The translations under genes were made by a program, and so were the position numbers. A stretch of 64,000 nucleotides of DNA, taken from the NCBI RefSeq assembly GCF_001194135.2, contig NC_068987.1:72456466-72520465 (forward strand), given 5' to 3'. Every line of letters begins with the position of its first letter. Position 1 is the stretch's first letter. Shown here in pieces: positions 53,114 through 62,929 of this stretch. Source of the stretch: Octopus bimaculoides. Its lineage: Eukaryota. The notes beneath the pieces are model-generated. The model had not been told where the DNA came from. It saw only the letters and a list, made by a program, of their open reading frames with translations, and did no database searches.

Positions 53114-56100
53114 AGTAATTTAAGTCAAAGTTCTCACTCAATAAGTCTTAGGTTCACCTCACCACAAACAATTAGGTATTATTGAAATCCAGAAAATATA
53201 TTGTCACCAACGTATTGCATTTTCTTCTTCCTTCCATCCTTTCTATCCATCTCTTTCATTTTATCTTTCTATCACTGAAATAGAGAAATATCCCTTAGTC
53301 TTGGTGTTCTCTTTTTATCTCTTTGAATTTCAATACATGAAAATTCTTTAAGAGAAGATATTTTTGAAATTGCCCATCTCACTGTATGCCACCACCACCA
53401 TCACCACCACACTACCATCACCATCATCATGATATTAATTTATGTTGTTTTATTTCTTTATTTATAACTGCCTTAACATTATCCATGTACAACTGTGTCA
53501 GTCTTGGACTGGCCCTGTGGGGTATTTTGGCATTGGCACAAGATAAGGACGTTCTCGGCGCTGTTGCATTTATATTGGCTCTTTGCTATAAACAAATGGA
53601 ACTTTACCATTCCTGGCCGTTCTTCTGCTACTTACTTGGCAAATGCATTTTCAACAAAAAAGAAAACAGGTAAAATTGTATTTCATATTTGATATATTTT
53701 GTTTGATAAGGGGAAATAATGCTGAGCTTCATTATATTTATAGTTATTGGCAAAGTGACAAGCTTGCAGGATTGTTAGCAGATCAAGAAAATGTTTAGCG
53801 ACAGTTCTTCCATTTTGTTACATACTGTGTTCAAATCCTATCAATGTCAACTTTATTTTATCAACCCTGAAAGGATGAAAGGCAAAGTTAAATACTGGGG
53901 TTGATCTAATCAACTTCCAGTCCTTAAAAATTGCTGGCCTTGTGCCAAAATTAGAGGGAATTGTGATACCTCATTTTTAAAATTTTTTATTATTCTGAAT
54001 TCCTTTCCTATTAATTTCAACATCCTGTTAACTATTTGCTTCCCAAAGTTTGTGGTTCCATCCAAAGCTAGAAATTATTATTATTATTAAGGGGTGAGCT
54101 GGCAGAATCATTAGCATGCCAGATGAAATACTTAGCGGCATTTTGTCTGTCTTTATGTTCTGAGTTCAAATTCTGCCCAGCTTGACTTTGCTTTTCATCC
54201 TTTTGGGGTCGATAAATTAAGTACCAGTGAAACACTGGAGTTGATGCAATCGACTGGTCCCCTCTCCCAAAACTTCAGGCCTTGTGCCTATGGTAGAAAG
54301 GATTATTATTATTAATATTAGGGTGATGGATTGACATGGTCGTTTGAACAAGTCTTGTATTTGTTCTGGCTTTTTGTATTCTGAGCTCAAATCCTGTTGA
54401 GATCAACTTTGCCTTTCATCCATCTGGGGGTGGGTGGGGGTCAATAAAATAAAGTGGCAGTCATATACTGGGGCTGATTTAATCCTCGTATAATAAGTAG
54501 TCGTAAGTGAAGAAGGAGATAAGAGAGACAAAAAAAAAAAATGAAAGAAGCAAGAACAAAGGAAACGTGAAGGAGGAAGAGAAAGAAGGAAATAAAATGA
54601 GGAATAAGAGATTAACTGTAATGTACTTGAGTGTATGTGTGTGTGTGTATTTTATATTGGTACAAAATAAAATTCAGAACTTATGTCATCAATATTGTAT
54701 CATTAATGAATGATAAGGTCTATTTATGTTTTTCAATTCTCTTCCCAGGTTTCTAAAGTTGGTCCGGTTATCTGTAGCAGTACTCGGAACTTTTAGTCTC
54801 TGCTTCTTGCCGTTTTTCAAACAGAAAGGTAGCATCTTTCAAGTCTTGCACAGATTATTTCCTTTTGAAAGAGGTCTGTACGAGGTAAGAATCAGTTTGA
54901 TTGAAATTTTATTTTTTAATTCTTCAGTTTGATTGATTTATAGTTCAATTTGTCCATTGAATTTAATTGTAGTAAAGGTAGAGAATCTAATTAATTTCTC
55001 ATCTTCATTGATTTTGCATCCATTTTTTCCATGCTAGTATAGGTTAGACAAGACTTCAGGACATGTTATCTTAAAGGAGATGTCCTTGTCATTGACTCAA
55101 ACCTGTTTCCAAGTAATGTGTGTATTTCCTTAGTTGTTTGCACAATGAACAGCTGAATGTCCAAACATGTTTTGATCGCAGACACAAAAATAGACATTGT
55201 GTGCACACACCATCACATTTGTGTGTATACATTCATAAATGGTCGGTGGAAAAAAAAGGAAGTTCTCCTCAGACCAGGGATCTGTGTTGATAGCTTGCAA
55301 CATTGTAGATTCTGCTAAAGGCAGCAAGAGCCAGTTGTTGGTTTTAAATTGCATGAAAGATTAAGTCTGCCACCCAAAACAGGAACAAGTCCTCTGACAG
55401 TTTCTGTTCACTAAATTATACTGACATAGTTTTTGTCTACTTGTGGCTTTCATAGAAAATACTTGTCCAAGATGTTGCTTAGTGGTATTGAACTTTGAAC
55501 CCTGTTGTTACAAAGAGAACTTCTTAACCTCACAGCCATGTTTGTGTCCTACACAGCATCATCATCAAGTTCCCTTAAATGATGCAGTGGGGTGCCACTG
55601 TAGATGCTTTTGCATTTGGCTGTCACTATTGGTCTCTGTTCTCTGTCATGCACAGCAGGGTCACAGTGTTGTGAACCATCCAGTTGTTGATGTTGTCAGA
55701 CCGAGATTTTCTCTTTCTCTTTCCTCTTCCAACTGTGTGCTGCAGGATGGTTTTGGACAGGGAGTTGTGGTGACTATACCAAGCAAGCTTTCATCTTTTT
55801 ACCTGCACAAGGAGCGATTCCTGTCTGCCAGCATGTTTGCTGATAAAGCTGTTTGTTTTGTGCTCTGCAATTCATATTAAAGACAAATTAATTGTATTTT
55901 TTATGTGTTATAAACCTTCTGTTTATCTTTTACAGGATAAAGTTGCTAATTTCTGGTGTTCAATCAGCATTTTTGTGAAGTTAAAAGATATGTTTCCTCA
56001 GAAATCTTTGATTTATCTATGGTAAGATGTTGTTTACTAATTTAATAGATTTTTTTCTCCTTATGAACATCATGAGCCTCACCATCAGGGTCCTTTCTGT

Positions 56101-56655
56101 ATCACACACTATAGTCTTGTGCTGCAACTGCACTCTCTGCCAGACTATTTCCTGTCCTTGGCTAGTTGTTTGTTTCGAAAAGAACTTTCTGGAAATGTTC
56201 TGGCCATGTTCCAAAATTTGAAATTATTATTATTATCATTTTAAGGTGGCGAACTGACAGACCTATTAGCACACTGGGGAAAATGCTTAATGACATTTCA
56301 TTCATCTTTAGTTCAAATTCTGTCATTCATCCTTTCAGGGTTGATAAATTAAGTACCAGTTGAGTATTGGGGTCAATGTAATTGACATCATCCTCCCCAC
56401 AAATTTCAGGCTTTGTGCTTATAGTAGACAGGATTGTCATTATTAAGGCAGCACTCTGGCAGAATCATTAGCTCACTGGGCAAAATGCTTAGCAGTGTTT
56501 CATCTGTCTTTATGCTCTGAGTTCAAATTCTGCTGAGGTCAACTTTGTTTTCATCCTTTTGGGGTTGATAAAATAATTACCAGCTGAATACTGGAACTGA
56601 TATAAGTGACTTACCCCTCCCTCAAATTCATTGACCTTGTGCCAAAATTTGAAAC

Positions 56656-56686
<31 letters not shown>

Positions 56687-57680
56687 TTAATTTTTATTAT
56701 TATTATTATTATTATATTTTCAGCTTGTCAGTCACAGCAGTGTGTCTGTTACCAAGTGGGTTAAATCTGCTCAGCCGACCAGCCTTGTCCAGATTCAAAC
56801 TGACACTGGTAAGTTTCATGTAAATTGTCCCCCAATTTGCTTTCTTGTTTTTCTTTTTTAGAAAAGTTTTTGCAACTTTGTACATTTGCATATCTTGGGT
56901 AGGTTTGATGCCTTGCATGACTCTTCGAGTAAGGGTCTTCAATTGTAGCCTTGAGTTGACCAATTTGGTAGACAGACACTGTTTGAATGCTGAAGCTTTT
57001 TTCTTTTTTCACAGGCTAGTTCTTCATTGATATTTTTCCTGTTTTCATATCAAGTTCATGAAAAATCTATCCTCTTAGTTGCTCTGTAAGTATTTGTCAC
57101 TATATAATTTTCTAATGTATGTGTGTGTTGTGTTGTTTGATTGATTTTGACATGGCCAATATTGAACAAGAGTGACATAACCAGTTCAATCAATTCCATC
57201 ATCATTAATATTTAACGCCTGTTTTCTATGCTGGCATGGGTTGGATGGCTTGACAGTAACTGGCAAGGCCAGGGGCTACACCAGTTTCCTTAGTCTGTTA
57301 TGTTAAGGTTTCTACAGCTGGATGCCCTTCCTAAGGCCAACCATTCAACAGAATGTAATAGATGCTTTAACATGACACCAGCACTAGTGCCATGTAAAAA
57401 GCATATACATTCACCCAGAGTATATAATGGAGTCAAGTCAGAAAGATGAAAGTAAATTTTAGTTTTGTCTTTTTTTTTTTCTTTTTACTCATCTTTGGCA
57501 ACTGAGTGGACTGGAAGAATGTGAAATGAAGTGGTTTGCTCTAGAACATAATGCAACACTCTAACCACTAAGCCATGCTCCTCCACTTTCATCTTCAATA
57601 AGTCAACCATACTTGTGTCACTAATAATGTTCTGTTTCATATCTCCTGATCTTGACAATAGTCATCCATCCATCCATCCA

Positions 57681-57729
<49 letters not shown>

Positions 57730-57872
57730 NNNNNNNNNNNNNNNNNNNNNNNNNNNNNNNNNNNNNNNNNNNNNNNNNNNNNNNNNNNNNNNNNNNNNNN
57801 NNNNNNNNNNNNNNNNNNNNNNNNNNNNNNNNNNNNNNNNNNNNNNNNNNNNNNNNNNNNNNNNNNNNNNNN

Positions 57873-57909
<37 letters not shown>

Positions 57910-58599
57910 TTGTCCTACCACCATCACTTGACAACTGATGTTGGTGTGTTTATGTCCCTGTAACTTAGTGGTTTGACAAAAGAGACCAATCAAATAAGTA
58001 CTAGGCTTAAAAAGTGTAAGTACTGGAATTGATTTGTTCGACTAAAGGCAGTGCTCCAGCATGACTGCAGTCAAATGACTGAAACAAGTAAAAAAAATAA
58101 AAGAATATATTTATTGTAAAATTTTATTTTTCCCTCTCCATTTTTTTCAGCCCTTTCTGCCTGCTTCTACCAAATTATCCATTCCTTTCTTTCTGGTTTC
58201 TGCACATATCAACATTGAGGTAAGTAATATAAAAAATACAATGTTTTATACTGCTATCAGTTAATTATTTAAAGAACAGACTACTATATTCAGTCCCAGC
58301 TTGCAGTTTGGGATTGGCTTGGTAAGATGAAATGGAATATGTTACCGGAGTATCAGTATGGTATCTCAATAATATAATGTTCGAACACATTTGAGATAGT
58401 TACAAGAAGTAAAAAAGCTGTTACAAAAAAAAGAAAATAAATAAATAAATAAAGGCACAAGTGTGGCTGTGTGGGAAGATACTTCCCAACCACATAGTTC
58501 CGGGTTCATTCCCACTTGGGTAAATGTCTTGTACTACAGCCTCAGGCCAATCAAAGCCTTGTGAGTGGATTTGACAAATGGAAACTGAAAGCCTGTTGC

Positions 58600-58633
<34 letters not shown>

Positions 58634-58655
58634 TTCTTCATTACCAACTTTCTCA

Positions 58656-58720
<65 letters not shown>

Positions 58721-58912
58721 CCATGATAGATCGCTGACCACTACATTTATATTTTTTTTCTCCTTGTTTCCTTATTTCTTTCTGTGTTCCTTTCAGTTGA
58801 AGAGCGTAGCTCGAAATGTTAAAGACTTTTTCTATTCCCAAGCGTTAAACTAATACATCCATTTGTTGTTTACACAACCTGTCCTCGTCTGTTGTTTTTT
58901 TCGTAAATTCTC

Positions 58913-58949
<37 letters not shown>

Positions 58950-61560
58950 TGTGTGTGTTTGTCACCCCATCACTGCTTGACAACCAGTGTTGATGTGTGT
59001 CCCCATAACTTAACGGTTCAGTAAAAGACACCGATAGAAAAAGTACTTGTCTTAAAAATAAGTCCTGGGGTCGATTTGTTTGACTAAAACCTTCAAGGCA
59101 TTATTCCTGCATGGCTGCAGTCAAATGACTGAAACAAATAAAAGAATTGATAAGTGCAGCTGTGGCTGCATGCTTCACAACCATATGGCCTTGGTTTCAA
59201 TCCTATTGTATGGCATCTTAGATATGTATCTTTTTTTATGGTACTGGGTCAACCAAAGCCTTGTGAGTAGATTTGGTTGACGGAAAACTGAAAGAAGCCT
59301 GTGACATATGTATAATTACATATATGTATGTGTCTGTGCATGTTTTGTGCTTGTGTGTACCCTTGTCTTGACATCATAGTTGTAAATGAGCATCACTGTC
59401 ATACAAGTGATGCTGTTCATTTCCAGTCTTCTGTGAAGAATACATCTTGCCATAGGGAAATATAATACCCTGCTTTGAAACAGATGAAGGTTAGTGACAG
59501 GATGTACTTCCCTTTGAAAACTTTACAATTACAATGGGGGAATTTGTTTGACAGCCAGATAGGCTGAGCCTTATTACATACACTTGTGATATAAAATCCC
59601 TAGTGTAGTAATAGTAAGATATGACCATGCTGTTAGTAATGTAGCACCTTAAACTTAGCCATTTTGGCTCGCATTAACACATAAGTTGTGTCATGATATT
59701 ACAGTGGAAGGAAAAAGAAAAAAGTTAGTTTACTTTTTTTGGATCCAAGTGCTGGTGCCATGTTAAAAGCACCCAGCACACACTGTAAAGTAGTTGGCAT
59801 TAAGCCATAGAAACCAAGCCAAATCAGACTAGAACTTGGTGCAGCTCCCTGACTTTCCAGCTCTGGCCAAACTGTCCAACTCTTGCCAGTATGGAAAAGG
59901 GACATTACAGGATGGTGATGATGTCCTAAACATCAATGTTTGTTTTCAGATAGCCCTCATTTCATGTTCTGAGTAATATGTAGCTCTCTTTTCATATCTC
60001 CCAAGTTTGAAAAATATTAAGAATGTATATTATATTTGATGCATGGATACTAAAGAAATATGTCCTGTGCATTACATATTATACACAGAACAGGTAAAGG
60101 TTTAAACAACAACAACACACACATTTATATGAATGGTACAATTTATGGTTCACACATTTGGACATGCTTTAAAAATCGATGCAAATAATTCCAGCTGCAG
60201 CTCGGTCTTTTTCTTGATATCATTTTGAGAATATTATTAGAGACACTAAAGAGAATTTGTAAGTTATTTTGGTTGAACCTTATTCTTGAAGTTTATATGC
60301 AACTAAGCCGTTTCCTTTTCTGTTCTTTTAGTATGTTCCCATTGCTTGTGAAAGATGGCCTCATCTTGCAGTATTTTAGTTGTCAAGCATTGTTTGCACT
60401 TGTTGTACTCATGCTATACAAAATAATGCCAGACCAAGTCTCTAAGAAGAGAAGTAATTTACTCTTCAACTGGTTACTTCGATGCATGGTAAGTGGGAAA
60501 ATTTTTTACTGTTATAAAAATGTCTTGAAGGTATAGTAATTTGTTATTGATTTCAATAGGAGCTAATGGTGAACATCGTTAATATCTTTTGATTAGCTTT
60601 TCTTTAGTCTATTACTGTTTGTGTCTGGTACACTCTACCATCACCCTGTGTTGCTTGTCTTTCTCTCTCAGGCCACTTGTCATTGTGTGACAATTTGGGC
60701 AAATGTCTTCTACTCTAGCTCTGGGCTGAACAAAGCTTTGTGAGTGAATTTGGTAGATGGAAATTGAAAGAAGCTCATTTTGTACATGCACAAATGCATG
60801 TGTGTACCCTTGTTTTGATACTGTGTCATGGTTGTAAATGACCATTAATTTGTTCATTTCCAGTCTTCCATGAAAAACATGTCTGGTCATGGGGAAATAT
60901 TACCTTGTTTGGAAACAGGTGAGAGCTGGCAATGGGAAGGGCATGCCTCAACAAATTACACCTGACCCATGCAACCATGGAAGAGTGGCTGTTAAATGTT
61001 GATGATGTCAGTAAAACACACCTTGCCAATTAATGAGCCTACAAGTAGATCTCTCTCAAAACACATCCTATCCTGTCATCTTAAAAAAGCAGTGATATAT
61101 TTTGACTTCATTCAGGGAATGTTTTTAATCACAAGTATGTTCAATGACCTGGTGTTAAACATGAACAACAACACATATTTGCTCTTTATTATAAATACAT
61201 TAACTTTTCAGTTTAGATATTGTTGACAATCTGTTGTGTGCATTTTTTCTGTTTTGTTTTTGTAAACATAAATTTCTTTTACTCTTTCAGATGCTCTTGT
61301 CTGTATCAATTGGTTTAGCTCTGAGCATAGTTTCCCTGGTTGTTGAGCCACCTAATGATAAACCCGATCTCTTCGCTGTCTTCATTGCAGTCTACTGTTG
61401 TGGTCATTTCTTAATGTTTCTCATCTGTTTACACTACATACAGTTTACACTTGATAGACCTCGGTCAAATCCTGTGAAGTCAAACAGTTCTCCAAGAAAA
61501 AACGGACCACCAGAACGTAAAAAGGCCTCAGAAGGTCATAAAAAAATTAAAAAGCATTAA
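28140..61560 (+). CDS. ALG6: ALG6 dolichyl pyrophosphate Man9GlcNAc2 alpha-1,3-glucosyltransferase, whole gene span, 14 coding exons, 523 aa
   Basis: Hand-spliced exons 103+85+90+89+83+65+183+136+86+85+71+69+157+270 = 1572 nt in one open frame with compatible phases. Family motifs are present: [82 protein letters not shown]. Confidence 0.97.
31168..31353. mobile_element. piggyBac-type MITE (best copy of the family)
   Basis: TTAA|CCCTTTAGCATTCAAA ... TTTGAATGCTAAAGGG|TTAA: perfect 16-bp TIRs with a TTAA TSD. Confidence 0.88.
32240..33270 (+). mobile_element. 3' fragment of an RLE-type non-LTR retrotransposon (R4/Dong/NeSL-like)
   Basis: [17 protein letters not shown]...THIISSC...RHD (CCHC knuckle), [31 protein letters not shown] and [10 protein letters not shown] (restriction-like endonuclease); frameshifted. 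Confidence 0.88.
37378..37979 (-). mobile_element. 3' fragment of a second RLE-type LINE with a (TAA)n tail
   Basis: Minus frames show [37 protein letters not shown] and [17 protein letters not shown]; ends in taataataa at about 37378-37397; interrupted by the LTR at 37980. Confidence 0.8.
37980..38386 (+). mobile_element. LTR of the same family (subfamily variant) inside ALG6 intron 1
   Basis: Starts tgtagtaacg, ends cctata; collinear with 25532-25886. Confidence 0.85.
38389..38567 (-). mobile_element. inverted partial LTR plus PPT and adjacent internal sequence
   Basis: Reverse complement reads tattatcgtgcg...gcactggcaagggagccc|tgtagtaacg..., matching 26995-27060 and almost exactly 37980-38118; runs into an N gap. 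Confidence 0.85.
39366..39698 (+). mobile_element. LTR, more divergent variant, 5' end in a gap
   Basis: ccacgcatgcgtgg...aagcgttcccgc...aataaatatt...agtttggagtttctg...taatataggaaagt, collinear with the family. Confidence 0.75.
41601..41827. mobile_element. piggyBac-type MITE copy
   Basis: cttagcattcagattac...aaaggggttaa. Confidence 0.75.
42129..42213 (+). CDS. ALG6: ALG6 coding exon 2 ([28 protein letters not shown])
   Basis: ttctag| acceptor, |gtaagt donor; contains the GDFEAQ catalytic Asp motif. Confidence 0.97.
43096..43556. mobile_element. MITE with ~50-bp TIRs and an internal extra copy of the left TIR
   Basis: gatgctaccttggcatgtgctctacaagggagattactttaggttacttttt is inverted at 43505-43556 and directly repeated at about 43285-43340. 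Confidence 0.8.
43588..43844. mobile_element. TA-flanked MITE with long (~70 bp) TIRs
   Basis: caataagtatcacatcaatgttataatacttaattc...ttagcct versus aggctaa...gaattaagtattataacattgatgtgatacttactg; TA on both sides. Confidence 0.85.
44055..44144 (+). CDS. ALG6: ALG6 coding exon 3 ([29 protein letters not shown])
   Basis: ttgtag| acceptor, |gtaagt donor; [13 protein letters not shown] motif. Confidence 0.97.
45144..45232 (+). CDS. ALG6: ALG6 coding exon 4 ([29 protein letters not shown])
   Basis: ttgtag| acceptor, |gtaatt donor; INPDW and HKLFMR motifs. Confidence 0.96.
47500..47582 (+). CDS. ALG6: ALG6 coding exon 5 ([28 protein letters not shown])
   Basis: ttcccag| acceptor, |gtaagt donor; DLLxYIPAV motif. 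Confidence 0.95.
48380..48755 (-). mobile_element. RTE-clade LINE 3' remnant
   Basis: Minus strand [15 protein letters not shown]..., gagaggtcacag, [10 protein letters not shown]; homologous to 2385-2720. Confidence 0.55.
48878..48942 (+). CDS. ALG6: ALG6 coding exon 6 ([22 protein letters not shown])
   Basis: ttaaag| acceptor; [12 protein letters not shown] motif; followed by a U12-type donor gtatcctttt. Confidence 0.95.
48943..48951 (+). other. U12-type (minor spliceosome) 5' splice site of ALG6 intron 6
   Basis: GTATCCTTT is an exact match to the U12 donor consensus RTATCCTTT and lies directly after the phase-2 end of exon 6. Confidence 0.93.
50020..50475 (+). mobile_element. RTE-clade LINE 3' end
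   Basis: [17 protein letters not shown]...[14 protein letters not shown]...[10 protein letters not shown]...[12 protein letters not shown]. Confidence 0.88.
51698..52035 (-). mobile_element. RTE-clade LINE reverse-transcriptase fragment
   Basis: [26 protein letters not shown] (YADD), GLRVNLAK, then [21 protein letters not shown]; continues into an N gap. Confidence 0.92.
53058..53107. repeat. (CT)n microsatellite
   Basis: Directly visible. Confidence 0.9.
53468..53486 (+). other. U12-type branch point and non-canonical AT 3' splice site of ALG6 intron 6
   Basis: ctgCCTTAACattatccAT|g tac aac: U12 branch core CCTTAAC at 53471-53477, about 10-12 nt before the only junction that restores F-Q-Y-N. 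Confidence 0.8.
53487..53669 (+). CDS. ALG6: ALG6 coding exon 7 ([12 protein letters not shown]...[27 protein letters not shown])
   Basis: Clear ALG6 similarity (YNx[12 protein letters not shown], FFCxLLGKC) and donor ag|gtaaaa; the 5' boundary requires an AT acceptor. Confidence 0.92.
54085..54315 (+). mobile_element. tRNA-derived SINE family A, representative copy (others near 676, 9380, 14950(-), 24385, 27765, 29495, 29800, 36350, 36630, 46505, 47110, 53745, 54320, 56240, 56445, 62520)
   Basis: Head ggtgagctggcagaatc (box A-like)...gagttcaaattc (box B), core gactttgcctttcatcctttcggggtcgataaattaagtaccag, (TTA)n tail; many collinear copies. Confidence 0.85.
54749..54884 (+). CDS. ALG6: ALG6 coding exon 8 (FLKLVRL...[15 protein letters not shown])
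   Basis: ttcccag| acceptor, |gtaaga donor; RLFPFxRGLYE motif. Confidence 0.97.
55625..55850 (-). mobile_element. RTE-like LINE 3' remnant
   Basis: Decayed similarity to [33 protein letters not shown]. Confidence 0.5.
55936..56021 (+). CDS. ALG6: ALG6 coding exon 9 ([28 protein letters not shown])
   Basis: ttacag| acceptor, |gtaaga donor; DKVANFWC motif. Confidence 0.97.
56658..56715. repeat. (TTA)n microsatellite (SINE tail) directly before the ALG6 exon 10 acceptor
   Basis: Directly visible. Confidence 0.9.
56724..56808 (+). CDS. ALG6: ALG6 coding exon 10 ([29 protein letters not shown])
   Basis: ttttcag| acceptor, |gtaagt donor; 85 nt with phases matching both neighbours; LLPS...P...FKxTL pattern. 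Confidence 0.92.
57015..57085 (+). CDS. ALG6: ALG6 coding exon 11 ([24 protein letters not shown])
   Basis: ttcacag| acceptor, |gtaagt donor; [12 protein letters not shown] motif with the conserved His. Confidence 0.97.
57900..58105 (+). mobile_element. SINE-like family D, representative copy (others near 6490, 18740(-), 31480(-), 32050(-), 34180(-), 58950)
   Basis: ttgacaac..tgttggtgtgtttatgtccctgtaacttag...aaataagtac...ctccagcatg.ctgcagtcaaatgactgaaac; collinear copies. Confidence 0.8.
58151..58219 (+). CDS. ALG6: ALG6 coding exon 12 ([23 protein letters not shown])
   Basis: tttttcag| acceptor, |gtaagt donor; phases match both neighbours. Confidence 0.94.
58605..58718. repeat. (AT)n microsatellites
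   Basis: Directly visible; similar arrays flank most N gaps (e.g. 1806, 4483, 10631, 11324, 19456, 57873). Confidence 0.9.
58725..58915 (+). mobile_element. short dispersed repeat, probable Penelope pseudo-LTR remnant (copy 2), embedded in (AT)n
   Basis: Matches 17933-18082; flanked on both sides by (AT)n. Confidence 0.5.
60332..60488 (+). CDS. ALG6: ALG6 coding exon 13 ([14 protein letters not shown]...WLLRCM)
   Basis: ctttag| acceptor, |gtaagt donor; SMxPLLxKD motif. Confidence 0.94.
61291..61560 (+). CDS. ALG6: ALG6 terminal coding exon 14 (MLLSVSIG...[10 protein letters not shown]...KKIKKH*)
   Basis: ctttcag| acceptor; PP..K.PDLF motif, final transmembrane helix, stop TAA, C-terminal KxKxx. 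Confidence 0.93.
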   Translation: MLLSVSIGLALSIVSLVVEPPNDKPDLFAVFIAVYCCGHFLMFLICLHYIQFTLDRPRSNPVKSNSSPRKNGPPERKKASEGHKKIKKH

Positions 61561-61586
61561 ATTTTTTTTTTTTATGATATCAAGGT

Positions 61587-61592
61587 AATAAA
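61587..61592 (+). terminator. candidate polyadenylation signal of ALG6
   Basis: First AATAAA after the stop codon, about 27 nt downstream. In AT-rich DNA this could be chance. Confidence 0.4.
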
Positions 61593-62929
61593 AAAACATT
61601 TTTTAATTAAAAGTGATGTGGGCTTTGAAATTCTTATTTACTTTATGACTGTGTGACTGAGAAGTTTGCTTTTCACCCACCTGGTTTCAGGTTCAGTCCC
61701 ACCATGTAGCACCTTATGCAAGTGGTTTCTGCTATAGCTGTAGGTTAGCCGAAGCCTTACGAGTAGATTTTTGTTGATACAAACTGAAAAAAGCCTGCCT
61801 GGAGGTGTCTGTGTCCCTTTTTCTTGTCATTATGCGGTAGTTATAAGTAAGCTTCATCATCATACAAACAGTGTTGCTTCCAGTCTTCTATGAAAACGTC
61901 TAGTCAAGAGTAAATATTACCTTACTTGGAAATTGGTGAGGGCTGCTAACAAGTAGGGTGTCAGCCTGTAGAAAACCTGTCTCAAAGAATTCCATTTGAC
62001 CCATACAAGCATGAAACAGTAGATATCATCATCATCATCATCTTATAACATGTTTTTTTCATACAGGCATGGGTTGACAGGAACTGGTAAGTCAGAAGAA
62101 TGCACCAAACTCTGCTGTCTGTTTAGGCATGGTTTCTCTGGCTGGATGCTCTTCCTAATGCCAACCACTTTAGAGAGTGTACTGGGGGCTTTTTACAGGG
62201 CGCCAGCAGCAGTGAGTTCACTGAGTAACTTGCGAACAAGACCCCTTGACTGGGGTGGGGGAGTAGTTTTGGGGCACAGGAGAAAAAGTGTTTTGTAATA
62301 GAAGAGAAACATGGCCACCTCAGATGGAGAAGAGAGGGAGAGAAAGATGGTAGAGATTAGATGGAGTGGTGGCAGGGGCCCTATATTTGAGTTATAGGGA
62401 GGTGTATATAGTGAAGTAGACCAGAAATTAGAGAAGGTAAGATCACAAAATTGCAAAAAGAAAATGGGAGCTGGGTGGTGGGAAGGGATAATTATATATT
62501 CTGTGACTTTATAATTACCACTGGTGGATTGGCAGAATTGTTAGTATTGGTAAGTAAAAGCGCCATGTAATATTTCTTCTAGCATTTATATTCTGAGGTC
62601 AACTTTGCCTGCCATCTTTACAGGGTCAATAATGTGAAGTACCAGTTAAATACTGGAGTTGATGTCATTAAACAGTTATCCCTAACCTAAAAATTGCTGG
62701 TCTTGTGTCTAAATTACTCCTGTTAAAAGATTTGTGTCTGTAGATGCAGTAGAGCATTTGATTAAATGGTTCAACCAGGATTTATATCTATTTATGAAAG
62801 GCATCTGCTTTTCTTTTCCGTCTGTCACTGGCAACATCATACACCAATAGATAAAGGATTGAAAAAATGAAATACTTCTCTCTCTCTCTTTAAAGATAGG
62901 CTTAGGCTGAAATGTGAAAAAAAAAAATA

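Noticed and set aside
53487-53490. AC at 53489-53490 as a GT-AC type U12 acceptor
   Set aside because: Splicing there removes 4 nt and frameshifts exon 7.
56880-56950. tcttcgagtaagggt (SSKG) as ALG6 exon 10
   Set aside because: That frame hits a stop and lacks proper splice sites; 56724-56808 fits size, phase and motifs.
9380-62715. Box A/box B tRNA-like sequences (ggttcaaatcc, gagttcaaattc, ggttcagtccc) as tRNA genes
   Set aside because: They are SINE heads followed by shared SINE bodies; no cloverleaf or anticodon arm could be built. The tRNA-Trp match at 25891 is only the 3' part and sits in PBS position.
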